A DNA stretch of 63,330 nucleotides, the filler included, from Stramenopiles sp. TOSAG23-2 (lineage: Eukaryota), in NCBI GenBank assembly GCA_900128395.1. It is 44 parts of 44 records of this genome, joined end to end, with 100 filler letters (N's around TTAATTAATTAA, not from the genome) between each part and the next. Parts side by side here need not be neighbours in the genome. Positions count along the whole stretch, not along the records: positions 23,175 to 24,518 come from LT653133.1; positions 24,619 to 25,962 come from LT653134.1; positions 26,063 to 27,406 come from LT653135.1; positions 27,507 to 28,850 come from LT653136.1; positions 28,951 to 30,292 come from LT653137.1; positions 30,393 to 31,734 come from LT653138.1; positions 31,835 to 33,176 come from LT653139.1; positions 33,277 to 34,617 come from LT653140.1; 36 more parts are not named here. One strand, written 5' to 3'. Below are positions 23,375-34,717 of the stretch, one piece after another. Position numbers and translations under genes: made by a program. Under the pieces are notes generated by a model, which made no database searches, was not told where the DNA came from, and saw only the letters and a list, made by a program, of their open reading frames with translations. Numbering within the stretch: position 1 is the first letter of the stretch; each line of letters opens with the position of its first letter.

Positions 23375-24394
23375 ATGAAACGAAAAGCAACAACGAAATG
23401 CACACGTTCTGCATCACATGCAGGAAGTTGGTATACAGATAATCCAAAACAATTAAATAAACAATTAACTGGATGGTTAAATGTAGCAAATAAAACCTTG
23501 AATAATAATAATAATTTGAAGAAAACAAGTGGAGGAGCTAAAGCTATTATAGCACCCCATGCTGGTCTTTCATATTCTGGACCAACAGCTGCTTGGGCAT
23601 ACGGCGCTATTAATCCAAATAGATTTAAACATGTTTTTATATTAGGACCATCACATCATTATTATTTATCAGGTTGTGCATTATCAGCATGTGATACATA
23701 CGATACACCTCTTGGAAATCTAATAGTTGATCAAAATATTAATGTTGAACTAAGAAAGGAAGGTAACCATAAGATGTTTGATACCATGACGAAAGATGAA
23801 GATGAAGAAGAGCATTCAATTGAAATGCATTTGCCATATGTAGTAAAAATTATGGAATCTAATAAAAATTATACTGTTATACCAATAATTGTTGGCTCGT
23901 TAAACGTAGCAGATGAAATTAAATTTGCTGATATCTTACAAAAATATTTCGATGATCCTGAAAATTTATTTGTAATTAGTAGTGATTTTTGTCATTGGGG
24001 ATCTCGTTTTTCGTTTCAATTCCATGATGAAAAATTTGGTGAAATATATAAATCGATTCGATGGCTTGATCAACAAGCGATGGAATTGATTGAAAAACAA
24101 GATGCAAATGGTTTTCGTGCTTATTTGAAAAAATATCGTAATACTATATGTGGTCGTAATCCAATATCTTTAATGTTACAATTGATTAAAAGATCGAAAT
24201 TAACTTTTAATGTTGAATTTACTAATTATGCTCAATCAAGTCAATGTATACGTATATCAGATTCAAGTGTTTCCTATGCATCTTGTATTGTATCTGAAGT
24301 AGCCGCAACTAATACTAATGATAAAGATTTTAACGGAGGTAGTGGTAGTAGTAGTAGAAGTAGTAGTAGTCAACGAAGTAGCAAAAACAAATGA
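23375..24394 (+). CDS. MEMO1: Protein MEMO1 (AmmeMemoRadiSam B family)
   Basis: RSASHAGSWY, IIAPHAG, LGPSHH, EEEHSIEMHLPY, SSDFCHWG, NTICGRNPI, SSVSYAS. Confidence 0.95.
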   Translation: MKRKATTKCTRSASHAGSWYTDNPKQLNKQLTGWLNVANKTLNNNNNLKKTSGGAKAIIAPHAGLSYSGPTAAWAYGAINPNRFKHVFILGPSHHYYLSGCALSACDTYDTPLGNLIVDQNINVELRKEGNHKMFDTMTKDEDEEEHSIEMHLPYVVKIMESNKNYTVIPIIVGSLNVADEIKFADILQKYFDDPENLFVISSDFCHWGSRFSFQFHDEKFGEIYKSIRWLDQQAMELIEKQDANGFRAYLKKYRNTICGRNPISLMLQLIKRSKLTFNVEFTNYAQSSQCIRISDSSVSYASCIVSEVAATNTNDKDFNGGSGSSSRSSSSQRSSKNK

Positions 24395-24618
24395 TTTTAA
24401 AAAGATAATTGAAGAGTATATACCCCGCCGCGTGTTATTTCTTTCTTCTTACTTCGTAAAAAATTAAAAAGTATTTTTTTAGAGTGTAAAATATTATTTT
24501 TATGATGATACATATTTTNNNNNNNNNNNNNNNNNNNNNNNNNNNNNNNNNNNNNNNNNNNNTTAATTAATTAANNNNNNNNNNNNNNNNNNNNNNNNNN
24601 NNNNNNNNNNNNNNNNNN

Positions 24619-25081
24619 TCTCACATTTTATTGGAGGGGGTGGACAAGGTTGTTCCGCTGAAGCACCATCTCCCGTTATTTCAGGCCACATGCATTTACA
24701 TGCTAATAGTTTCCCCTCACCAACACGACTTTGACTACGAAAACGTAAAAAAACATCTTTCAAAAATGTTTTTGCTTTTTCTGCAGTAGCAACAGATGAT
24801 ACTTTTTTTTGCCTCACCGTTGACATTTTCTGTTTATAATTTTCCTCTGCTTTTGCAATTTTATTATTTGCTCTATTTGTATTTCGATAGTTATTATTAT
24901 TATTATCATTATTTGCAGTATTCATATATTGATTTAGTTTATCTATTTTCATGCCATGTTGACGTAGTAAAGAATAGTGCCTTGTTTTTGTTGTTATTGG
25001 TTGTCCATTAATACGAAGAATAACAACATTACAAAAATATACAATAAATACCAACAGTTTTAACAGTATTGTATTTACCAT
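24619..25081 (-). CDS. Secreted hypothetical protein (3' partial)
   Basis: Signal-peptide-like MVNTILLKLLVFIVYFCNVV; Cys/Pro segment at the contig end. Confidence 0.55.
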
Positions 25082-25907
25082 CTTGAGTTGATTTAAAAAA
25101 AGTAATATCAACAAATACAAAAGTTATACACTTTTATCTTCTATACTTACAACAATGATGTAAAAATTGATATACACGATTTTGTAATATTAAACTATAT
25201 CAATCAATTCTATTATCTGTTTTTAAATTTGATGATGTTTTATAATCTTTCCCCACAATAATATATAATAGTCCCCAGACTTTTACCTTTTTTTTACTAT
25301 TACTCCTCAGACTACTATCTTTTTCAACACTTTCTTTTTTTTTTATAACCTTCTGGCTTCTGCTACACTAGACAAAATCTAGCCGGCTAGCATCAATTTT
25401 TTAAGATCAGCATCCCTTGTAGGCCTGTGTGGATGCTACAACAGTACAGTATTACTATATACATGTAATAATGAGTTTAAGTTGAAAAATGATTCTGTAG
25501 CACATGCTATTATACTGTACTGTATGTCCATATCTTGCAACTTCTTGCCTTGTTGTGTGGTCTCTATGGCAGATTAAGATAGGACTCTCTGTGATTTTAC
25601 AGTACGTATAGGTACAGTACAGGTAGTGATCTCTGGCTTTTATTCTTCTGCTGCTCGCCGCAAATAAATCGCAAAAACATATATTTATTATCGGATTATA
25701 ACCATTCTTACTTTATACACACACAGCTTATCGATACACAAAAGTGCATGCCGCAAAAAGTTGTATATTGTATAGAGCACATTGCACCGTTTACTTTTAC
25801 TAGTTATATAATAGTAATACACATTGCATCGCAATAATACAATTAATACTAACACAAAACCAGTCTGATATATTATACAACATAATTATAATCATTTTTA
25901 AGAAAAC

Positions 25908-25962
25908 ATGCCGCCTAAAGGTTGGAGGAAAAATAGAAATGCAAAGAATGGTGCTGAACAAA
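25908..25962 (+). CDS. 5' end of a divergent gene (MPPKGWRKNRN...)
   Basis: AAAACATG context and open to the contig end. Confidence 0.45.
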
Positions 25963-26464
25963 NNNNNNNNNNNNNNNNNNNNNNNNNNNNNNNNNNNNNN
26001 NNNNNNTTAATTAATTAANNNNNNNNNNNNNNNNNNNNNNNNNNNNNNNNNNNNNNNNNNNNAATAGTATATCCATGTAGTAATGGAATAGTTTGGGTCG
26101 TCTGTTAGTATGATTTTAGTATACAAGGAGAGAGAGATGGGAATACCTTAATTAGGTATTTTATACGCTTTCTCTTTCTATTGTTTTTTCTACAGTATAT
26201 ACTCCTACCTACGACGTACTCCTATACAGTAAATCTCACATCATTTTTCTTCAGTCCCACTTTTTTTTTTTTTCTTTTTGTTGTGTGCGAAAAGATACTG
26301 TGATGATGTATTTTTTATATTTATATATATATATTTATAGATTCAATAAATGATGATTGAACGGAATCATAACAAAACAAGAATAGAAAAATTAATATTG
26401 ATATCATTGCTTGTTATTATTTTTAGTATTACATTTATTAAAGAAAAGAAATCAGAAGAAAAAT

Positions 26465-27265
26465 ATGGCAGATGTTGTATTATATGAAAAGCGTGGACAT
26501 GTTGCAATATTCACACTAAACCGCCCGAAAGCAATGAATGCTGTCTCTGGTGAAGTCAGTCAAATGATGGAAATGTATTTAGATCAATTCCATGCAGATG
26601 ATTCTTTATGGGTTGGTATCATATGCAGTTCCCACGATCGTGTGTTTTGTGCTGGTGCTGATTTAAAAGCTGTTAATTCTGGTACTCCGATCGCAACTGC
26701 GAAAGGTGGTTTCGCTGGATTAGTTCAATATCCGCTTAAAAAACCTATGATTGCGGCCGTAGATGGTGCAGCTTTAGCTGGTGGATGTGAAATTTGTTTA
26801 GCATGTGACTTAATTGTAGCAAGTACAAAATCACGTTTTGGTGTCCCAGAAGTAAAACGTTCATTGATACCAGCAGCCGGTGGTTTATTCAGATTGCCGC
26901 AAAAATTACCACACCGTATTGCTATGGAATTAATTTTAACTGGAGATCCAATTCCAGCAGAGAGAGGATACAATTATGGATTTGTAAATCGATTATGTGG
27001 TCCTGGTGAATCATTGACGGAGGCATTGAAATTAGCGGATGCTATCGTTGCGAATGCACCAATAGCAGTACGTGAAGCAAAAGCATGTGTTGACCAGATT
27101 AGGAATGAGGGGATGGATGATGCTGCTGCCTTTAAACGCAGTAACCAAGGTATGGGGATGCTATCAAAAACACCTGATTTTAAAGAAGGTCCAAGAGCAT
27201 TTATTGAAAAAAGAGATCCAGTATGGACAGGAAAACCCGCACCGCCAAGAAAATCAAAATTATAA
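26465..27265 (+). CDS. Enoyl-CoA hydratase/isomerase (crotonase) with peroxisomal PTS1
   Basis: TLNRPKAMNA, FCAGADLK, KPMIAAVDGAALAGGCE, FGVPEVKR; ends SKL-stop. Confidence 0.93.
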   Translation: MADVVLYEKRGHVAIFTLNRPKAMNAVSGEVSQMMEMYLDQFHADDSLWVGIICSSHDRVFCAGADLKAVNSGTPIATAKGGFAGLVQYPLKKPMIAAVDGAALAGGCEICLACDLIVASTKSRFGVPEVKRSLIPAAGGLFRLPQKLPHRIAMELILTGDPIPAERGYNYGFVNRLCGPGESLTEALKLADAIVANAPIAVREAKACVDQIRNEGMDDAAAFKRSNQGMGMLSKTPDFKEGPRAFIEKRDPVWTGKPAPPRKSKL

Positions 27266-27767
27266 TTTACAATTTACATCGTCGTGCAAAACTGTGAGAT
27301 GAGGAGATGAGAGATTTTTGTCCCTTAAAAATTATGAACGTGTCGATTGTCGATTTAAGTGCCAAGTGCCGTGAAAGGCAAGGACCCCTGCCCTGAATTT
27401 ATGTACNNNNNNNNNNNNNNNNNNNNNNNNNNNNNNNNNNNNNNNNNNNNTTAATTAATTAANNNNNNNNNNNNNNNNNNNNNNNNNNNNNNNNNNNNNN
27501 NNNNNNAGTACTATAAGCGTCGTCGTTGAATACGTTTGACATGATGTATCAACTATACAACATAGTCGGTTGGTTGGTCAGTGTCAAGAGTAATGCCATT
27601 CACAATCGTCATGCGGTCGCGTCTCTACATCCAGTTCAGTGGGTAAATAAACAATATTCGCATCTTTAAGGGAAACTTCGGCTGCGATCTCCCAGATCTC
27701 GAAATTTAATCCGGCGTATTAGTATGGTTGTGAATAGTGAATAGTGTGTAGTGTGTCGCATTGCTAC

Positions 27768-28007
27768 CCCTCTAAACCGTGAGAAAAATGTACACTTAAC
27801 ACTATTCACATAGGGGAAATATTCATCAATATTCATCATTTTTTCTATATTTTCGGATATTTGCTATTTTTTCCAAAATATATGAAAAATAAAATTGGCA
27901 TTTTAGAAAACGATATTTACATATTTCCACATATTTCCCATAGTGAATAGTGTTAATAAGTGCACAGTTTTGTGATGTTTTGTTCAGTTTTGTGATGTTT
28001 TAGAGGG
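27768..28007. mobile_element. About 240-bp foldback/MITE-like element, possibly piggyBac-derived
   Basis: CCCTCTAAA (27768-76) pairs with TTTAGAGGG (27999-28007), which is followed by TTAA. A perfect 14-bp inverted pair lies at 27796-27809 and 27943-27956, with a further inner hairpin. Confidence 0.55.
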
Positions 28008-28441
28008 TTAATAGCACTGCTGTCGTCATGTCGTAATGTCGTCATTATCTATTAAAAAAAATGAAAAAAAGTACGGTTACATCTATAATAGCGCTGCATA
28101 GCACTAAACTAGCTACGACAATTCGACACCATATGACATATGACATAAAATCGATCTGTAACATCATATAAAATTATATATATATATTTTAATAGTTATA
28201 GGAAGGAGGGGAGACTTCATTTCTTGTTGTGCTTTTGTAGAAAGTATAAATACTAAGTGTACATCAGTAGATAACAACGGTGTATATTGAAGTATTTAGA
28301 GAGATAAATTTAGATTAAATAACAACTTGCTGTGTCGTATATTGAAGTATAACGCGTATTACTAATCAAACGAATGTTTCACCTATATATTTATCCCCAC
28401 CAAATACTAGTTATTCTAGTAGTAGTAGTAGTGGAGATAGT

Positions 28442-28771
28442 ATGACAAATAGTAGTATTACTACAAGTGGTGGTAGTCATGAGAAACAGATGATGGCAAT
28501 CAATCGTAGTATTGAAAATGTTCATTCTTCTTCTACTTTCAATAATGAAACAGTGACTAGCATTATACTTCCAGCTATGTTAATCGAGGAAAATGATTTT
28601 GCAGATAAGGTATACAATTCACCACCACCTGCTGAGGAGGCAACTGGTAAAAATAATAACATGATGAAGCTTGGAATTCGTGGTTCTAGTAGTAGTATTA
28701 TTATTAGTGATGATGGGAATACTACTGCAGTGAACAATGATAGAAGTGGAGGTGAGGAAATATGGGTGTGA
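28442..28771 (+). CDS. Hypothetical low-complexity protein or first exon
   Basis: 109-aa Ser/Asn-rich ORF; no family recognised. Confidence 0.35.
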   Translation: MTNSSITTSGGSHEKQMMAINRSIENVHSSSTFNNETVTSIILPAMLIEENDFADKVYNSPPPAEEATGKNNNMMKLGIRGSSSSIIISDDGNTTAVNNDRSGGEEIWV

Positions 28772-28952
28772 GGGGTCTCCGGTGAGAACACTGCCGAGAG
28801 CCGAGAGTGAGTGTGTCTAAGTCAAGAGATCGAGGAGAGCTCAGAGAGAGNNNNNNNNNNNNNNNNNNNNNNNNNNNNNNNNNNNNNNNNNNNNTTAATT
28901 AATTAANNNNNNNNNNNNNNNNNNNNNNNNNNNNNNNNNNNNNNNNNNNNCT

Positions 28953-30292
28953 CTTTCGTATCATCTGCCGCCTCTAACCCTAAAAGTGCCCTTGCTTTGT
29001 TTATGTTTATCCAAAGTATGGGAAAAATACTTTCAAGGTCAAAAAAGTGCATTGGATCATGGAATTGCAAATGAGATTGTAGCTAAATATTTGAATGATG
29101 ATTCACCAGAAGTTAGGGCAGCTGTAGTATATGCTGTTGGTACATTAGTATCTGTTGATAATGTTGAAGAACGCACTGTACAATTAGATGAATATACCAG
29201 GAGGGTGTATGAATACAAAGCATTAGAAGCCTTAACAAAGGCACTAGCATTATGCCAAGATCTAAGCGTACTTGTACGGCATGAACTGTTATTAGCATTA
29301 TCTAGACTTTTTTATCACCCAAGACATTTAATAAAGTTACAACTTGTTGCAAATAGTTTAGAAAAAATGGAGAAATTAAGATCCGAGGTAATGATACCGA
29401 AAAAAATTAGTAAAAAAGCAAGGGCACTTTTAGGGTTAGAGGCGGCAGATGATACGAAAGAGGATGATGCATCTAGTGGTAGCAGCGGTAACCAAGGTAT
29501 AAAGAATACCGAAGAACCTGTTTTAGACCCACTGTTGCTAGAGCAGAAAAATTTAGAAAAAGTAATTGGAAGTACTGAAGCTACACAATGTTACATAAAC
29601 ATATGGAAAGTAATAGTTCAAATGGAGAAAAACGATCCATTCGAAAAGATCTCAAATTTATCTAGTTATTTATTACGACAACTTGATGTAAAGGCTGAAT
29701 TTGTGGAAACTAGAAGAAGGAGTGGGGGTGGCGATGGTAGCGGTCCACCACCACCATCGACTTTGAAGCGGCAAATGTCGGCGCCTAATTTGAAAGGCAG
29801 CGCCTCTAAGTTAGCCACATTAACTTCCTCTAACATATCAGCCCAGTCCAAAAACGGTACAAATAGAAACAAGGATGATAAACAAAATTTGCCTAATCAA
29901 CGAGTTTTAAGCCCTTCCAATGAAACATATGATGATTTGACAAGAAGCCAAAAAGAAAATGTCGTAAAAGCTAAAAGAATGGAAAATGAAGCAGGTGTAT
30001 TTTTTCGTTATTGCTATCAACGATTTTCACATCCCTTATTATTGCAATCTGAAAGTAAAGAATTGAAGGTTCAATTTAAATTTTCTAGCCCTAGTAATGA
30101 TAATGAGGATGAATGGGACGCATTGAACGAGGACAATGTACATTACGATTGGCTAAGAAAGCGTAACAGGAAAATTGTCAAAACTGCTATGACAATGAGA
30201 GCGGAGAAATCTAGATACAACAATACGCCAAACAATGGGGCAGAAGATGGTTTGAATATTTCAAGCATGATGGTTGATGTTGAAAATTTGAG
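28953..30292 (+). CDS. RPTOR: Raptor/KOG1 (TORC1 subunit), HEAT region
   Basis: LCLCLSKVWE..LNDDSPEVRAAVVYAVGTLV, DLSVLVRHELLLALSRL, IWKVIVQMEKNDPF. Confidence 0.85.
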
Positions 30293-30547
30293 NNNNNNNN
30301 NNNNNNNNNNNNNNNNNNNNNNNNNNNNNNNNNNNNTTAATTAATTAANNNNNNNNNNNNNNNNNNNNNNNNNNNNNNNNNNNNNNNNNNNNTAAAAAAA
30401 ACTAAAAATACATTTCTAATAATAAAATTTAATACATGTCTCTCTCTCTCCCTCTCGGAATAAAAAGAAGAGATATTTAAAAGAGACCACATTTTACTGC
30501 ACACTTTTACTCTCCACAGATATAACACACAGAGAGAGACATACACA

Positions 30548-31637
30548 CTACTTCTTTTTTAATATATCCTTCATCAACCTCAACGCACCGACACCATAAC
30601 CACCACCAAATATTTGATAATGATTTAAATGATGATGTAATTCATACAACATCGAGCGACGTTCAAATCCATCTTCTTTAGGTATAACAGAATGATATGC
30701 CTTCCAAAATGATGTTCCAAAACCTCCAAACATCTTCGCAATTCCTAAATCAGCTTCATGATGTCCATAATACACAGCTGGATCAAAAATAACTGGTATA
30801 TCATTATCAGTGATGGAACCATAATTTCCACTCCATAAATCCCCATGCAATACTGATGGTACAATATCTTCAATTATCATGGAACTAAATAATTCAGGTA
30901 ATCGTTTCATTAATTCAGAACCAACTTGTTGAATTTCGTTATCAGTTGGAAATCTTTCTTTTATAACTGCTAATTGATCGCCTAATCTATAATCTCTCCA
31001 AAATTCAACCCAATTTTGTGACATTTTATTGATATCATTCAATTGTCTTCCAGCACCACAACAACCATCTATCGGAAAACCATATGCATTATAATAAACA
31101 TTGTCATCATCATTGTTATTATTATTACTATTATTACTATTACCAGAAGGAGGTTCTTTTTTAAAATTATATGCATGCATTCTTGCTAATCCAGTACCTA
31201 GTTTAGCAGCTGTTTTATTTGTATTATGTTTTATATCCATATATTCAACACAGATATACCCAANNNNNNNNNNNNNNNNNNNNNNNNNNNNNNNNNNNNN
31301 NNNNNNNNNNNNNNNNNNNNNNNNNNNNNNNNNNNNNNNNNNNNNNNNNNNNNNNNNATAAAATTGGTTCTGGTACATATAAAAAATTTCCATCACATCG
31401 TTTTCGTAAATGAGCTAATCCTTCATATTCATATTGATGTAAGCTTGAACCTTTAAATGTGGACCCACCTTGACCTATTTTTATAAATATTTTTTTATAA
31501 TTATAATTATTATCTGTTGACGACGATGATGATGTTGACGATGACGATGATGGTATTTGATAACAATTCGATGAAATTTTTTTTAATCTATCATGAATAT
31601 TTAAATGTTTTTGTATTTGTTCTTCAATCGATCCCAT
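30548..31637 (-). CDS. Fructosamine/ketosamine-3-kinase (spans internal gap 31264-31357)
   Basis: IFIK..EYEGL..VPEPI, LGTGLARMH, WVEFWRDYRL, PSVLHGDLWSGN, FDPAVYYGHHEADL. Confidence 0.93.
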
Positions 31638-31864
31638 GTTTGATTTTGTTATTTTGTTACTTTCAATTATGTTTCCTTATCATCCTAATATACCCATAGA
31701 TTCTAGCCTCTAGACTATATATATTTTCTCGTCGNNNNNNNNNNNNNNNNNNNNNNNNNNNNNNNNNNNNNNNNNNNNTTAATTAATTAANNNNNNNNNN
31801 NNNNNNNNNNNNNNNNNNNNNNNNNNNNNNNNNNTGTCTCTTCTGTTCAAATTACTACTAATAA

Positions 31865-32281
31865 CAGACAACAAAGGACATCTGCAATACAATCAAAATA
31901 CACGCAAAAAAAAAACATATACAATTCCAATACACCTTTGATCTACAATTCCCACCATTGTACACCAGCAAACAAATATACATACACCAAATAATATCAA
32001 ATCTCCTCGGAAATGCAATCAAATATACACATACAGGACACATTAAGATTCATACCCAAACATACCACAAAAAAAACAAAATCACAATAACAGACACAGG
32101 AATAGGCATATCCAACGAAAATCTCTCCAAAATCTTTAAACCATTCTCACAAATTGATCCCAACCAAAACGGTATCGGATTAGGATTACACGTCACACAA
32201 GAACTCGTAAAAGATCTAGATGGCACAATTAATGTACAATCAACCCCCGGTAAAGGAACCACCGTTGAAATAATCATCTAA
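31865..32281 (+). CDS. Histidine kinase HATPase_c C-terminal fragment (5' end disrupted)
   Basis: N box QIISNLLGNAIKYT, G1 ITDTGIGI, F box IFKPFSQ, G2 GIGLGL, STPGKGTT. Frame open from 31865 with TAA at 31862. Confidence 0.88.
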   Translation, partial: QTTKDICNTIKIHAKKKHIQFQYTFDLQFPPLYTSKQIYIHQIISNLLGNAIKYTHTGHIKIHTQTYHKKNKITITDTGIGISNENLSKIFKPFSQIDPNQNGIGLGLHVTQELVKDLDGTINVQSTPGKGTTVEIII

Positions 32282-32487
32282 TCCCGTTGTTGTTCTATAA
32301 ACAATCTCAAATCACCCAACGTGTCCAATAACTTGCTCCTTGAATCATTAATTGGTATACTATTATACGTCTCTATTATATCCAAAAAAAAACCCACCGG
32401 ATCCACCATTTCACACCCCTTTGTCTTTGCATACACGTTTGGATGATACAATGTAATACACTTTTTCCTAAACGAATTCCTAAACAT
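32278..32487 (-). CDS. Small hypothetical protein on the virus-like contig
   Basis: 69-aa ATG ORF that overlaps the kinase stop by 4 bp and fills the space between neighbours. Confidence 0.55.
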   Translation of the reverse strand: MFRNSFRKKCITLYHPNVYAKTKGCEMVDPVGFFLDIIETYNSIPINDSRSKLLDTLGDLRLFIEQQRD

Positions 32488-32552
32488 TTCTGTACCTGAT
32501 TAATAGACCTTTTAAAAATCAATATTTTTTTATACGTAGATTGTATACAAAG

Positions 32553-33176
32553 ATGTCTGAAGAAAAGAACGTAGTCATCTCTGGAGATCTCACTCTTGTA
32601 CTCCCAGATAGTACCGATGAATTCGGATGGGGAGATCTGACCGTTGAACGTAAAGCCTACATTAATGGAACAGCAGACGCCACAAACTCTACAGATGCCT
32701 CACTTATCGTAGCCGGAGGTATCGGTGTTACAAAAAGTATTCTAGCAGATCTAGATCTTACAATCGACGGTCATTCACAACTTGATCAAGTCACCATCGA
32801 CACATCAGTCGCACAAACACTCGTCACAGGACCCAATGCTGTAGATATCTCTGTCGGTGCCGCCTCACAATTCGTTAGCACAGGAGGAAATATGACCGTT
32901 AGCGCCACCACAGAATCAGTTATCCTGTCTGGAGGAAAAACCGACCAGACTGCCGTACAAATCACCAGTACCAACGCCGCTGGTGGTATCCAAATCCAAT
33001 CCGGAGCAACCGGAACAGTCGGAGTCACCGGAGGATCCGGAGGATTCACTGTTGATACCCTCTCTGGTGGAGCTATCAGTCTCGACGCCATTGACGCCGC
33101 AAGTAACTTTACCATCGCCACCAGCGGAGCCGCACAAAACCTCAGCCTCGGAATCACCGGAGCCACAGACTCACTT
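32553..33176 (+). CDS. Fibre/structural-like beta-repeat protein of viral type (3' partial)
   Basis: DATNSTDASLIVAGGIGV motif and Gly/Thr/Ser/Ala-rich beta repeats; C-ending codon bias unlike the host contigs. Confidence 0.55.
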
Positions 33177-33276
33177 NNNNNNNNNNNNNNNNNNNNNNNN
33201 NNNNNNNNNNNNNNNNNNNNTTAATTAATTAANNNNNNNNNNNNNNNNNNNNNNNNNNNNNNNNNNNNNNNNNNNN

Positions 33277-34299
33277 CTATCCAGGCGTTTTTGTTTGTAT
33301 GAAATTGAGTGGGCAATTGAATTTAAAAAACCTATTATTGTAGTAGTTGAGGAAGATAATAGATTTTTTTCTTGGGAATTAAAAAGATGGAAGACGGACA
33401 TGTGTACAAAAGTTTTACAGGATACAAGTGGCGTTGCAAAAGCAATGATTGAGATTTTAAAATCAAACCTAAAACTTGATAGTGGCACTGTGAAAGACAT
33501 GGAATTGAAGCTTGATTGCATATTTCCAAAAGGTTTATGGACAAGCGATTGGTTACAGATTCCCTACAAAAAATGCTGCGTTGAATTTAAACAAGTCCAT
33601 GATTTAATTGAACAACATTGCGAGAAGGAAATTATGATTCCATTTCAACGACGTCAATATGAAGTTGCACCAATGTTAAGGCATATTGTACGGCGGGCGG
33701 GAGAATTAGGGTGCACATGGGGACAACATGTCCCATTGGATAGAAAATGTATATTAAATGCTCGACTTGATTTAAACAGGGAAATTTATGTAGTATCTCA
33801 CCCAACTAATGGGGAAAGCATGCGAGAAAAAGTACTATCAAAGTTACAATCGATAATGATGAAAAAAGATGGAAAACTTTCCATAAAATTTAAAAATCAT
33901 GCAACTGTTAAAGACAGTTTACACAAATTTGCATTAGTCTTTTTAAGTGCAGGGATTAGTGACATTGGCGAACATCTGAATGCTCTACATGATGTGGTTC
34001 GTTTTGCACCAAATAAAGTCATATACGTGTATTCAACAATGGATGGATGGCATTATGATCCACAAAAATGTCTTGATTTTAAATTTCTATCAGAAAAAGC
34101 AAAAGAAGCAAAGGGGGATGGGAGATATAAAATGATTTGGAATTCAATTACTGGTCACGAGGCATTGCAATATAGGACGTCAAAAAAATCAAAAGAAACA
34201 GACTTTTCTTATCAAGAAGATTCCTTAGCATTGGAAATATTAACGCGGATGAAATATAGTGTCTTGGAATCTTCCGGTAAAACCACCTTAATTATGTAG
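33277..34299 (+). CDS. TIR-domain protein (end of a TIR_2-like domain plus a second degenerate TIR-like domain), 5' partial
   Basis: LSRRFCLYEIEWAIEFKKPIIVV fits SxxCxxExxxAxxxxKxIIxV; later FALVFLSAGI...VIYVY...HEALQYR. Confidence 0.65.
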   Translation, partial: LSRRFCLYEIEWAIEFKKPIIVVVEEDNRFFSWELKRWKTDMCTKVLQDTSGVAKAMIEILKSNLKLDSGTVKDMELKLDCIFPKGLWTSDWLQIPYKKCCVEFKQVHDLIEQHCEKEIMIPFQRRQYEVAPMLRHIVRRAGELGCTWGQHVPLDRKCILNARLDLNREIYVVSHPTNGESMREKVLSKLQSIMMKKDGKLSIKFKNHATVKDSLHKFALVFLSAGISDIGEHLNALHDVVRFAPNKVIYVYSTMDGWHYDPQKCLDFKFLSEKAKEAKGDGRYKMIWNSITGHEALQYRTSKKSKETDFSYQEDSLALEILTRMKYSVLESSGKTTLIM

Positions 34300-34717
34300 T
34301 TTTTCCGTACTTACAATGCTATTTACCTGCGCTATACTATAATCATCAAAAAACTTTTATAGTAGTATATTTACATATTTACTGTATTCAATTTTCTTTA
34401 TGGAGTGCACAAAAATAACACGCACCAAAACACTCCCCACACAATCTCAATCTCACCATTCTCGAGTGTCATAATACATCTGTGAAATTGTACATGTTGT
34501 GCAACAACAACTAGTAATAAAATTTCTGCAATTGCTTACTTTTTTCTCTCCACGCTTTGCTTTATATTTATTTCTATAAATCGTTAATATTGTGGCAATT
34601 ATCAAGCTACCAAGTTCNNNNNNNNNNNNNNNNNNNNNNNNNNNNNNNNNNNNNNNNNNNNTTAATTAATTAANNNNNNNNNNNNNNNNNNNNNNNNNNN
34701 NNNNNNNNNNNNNNNNN

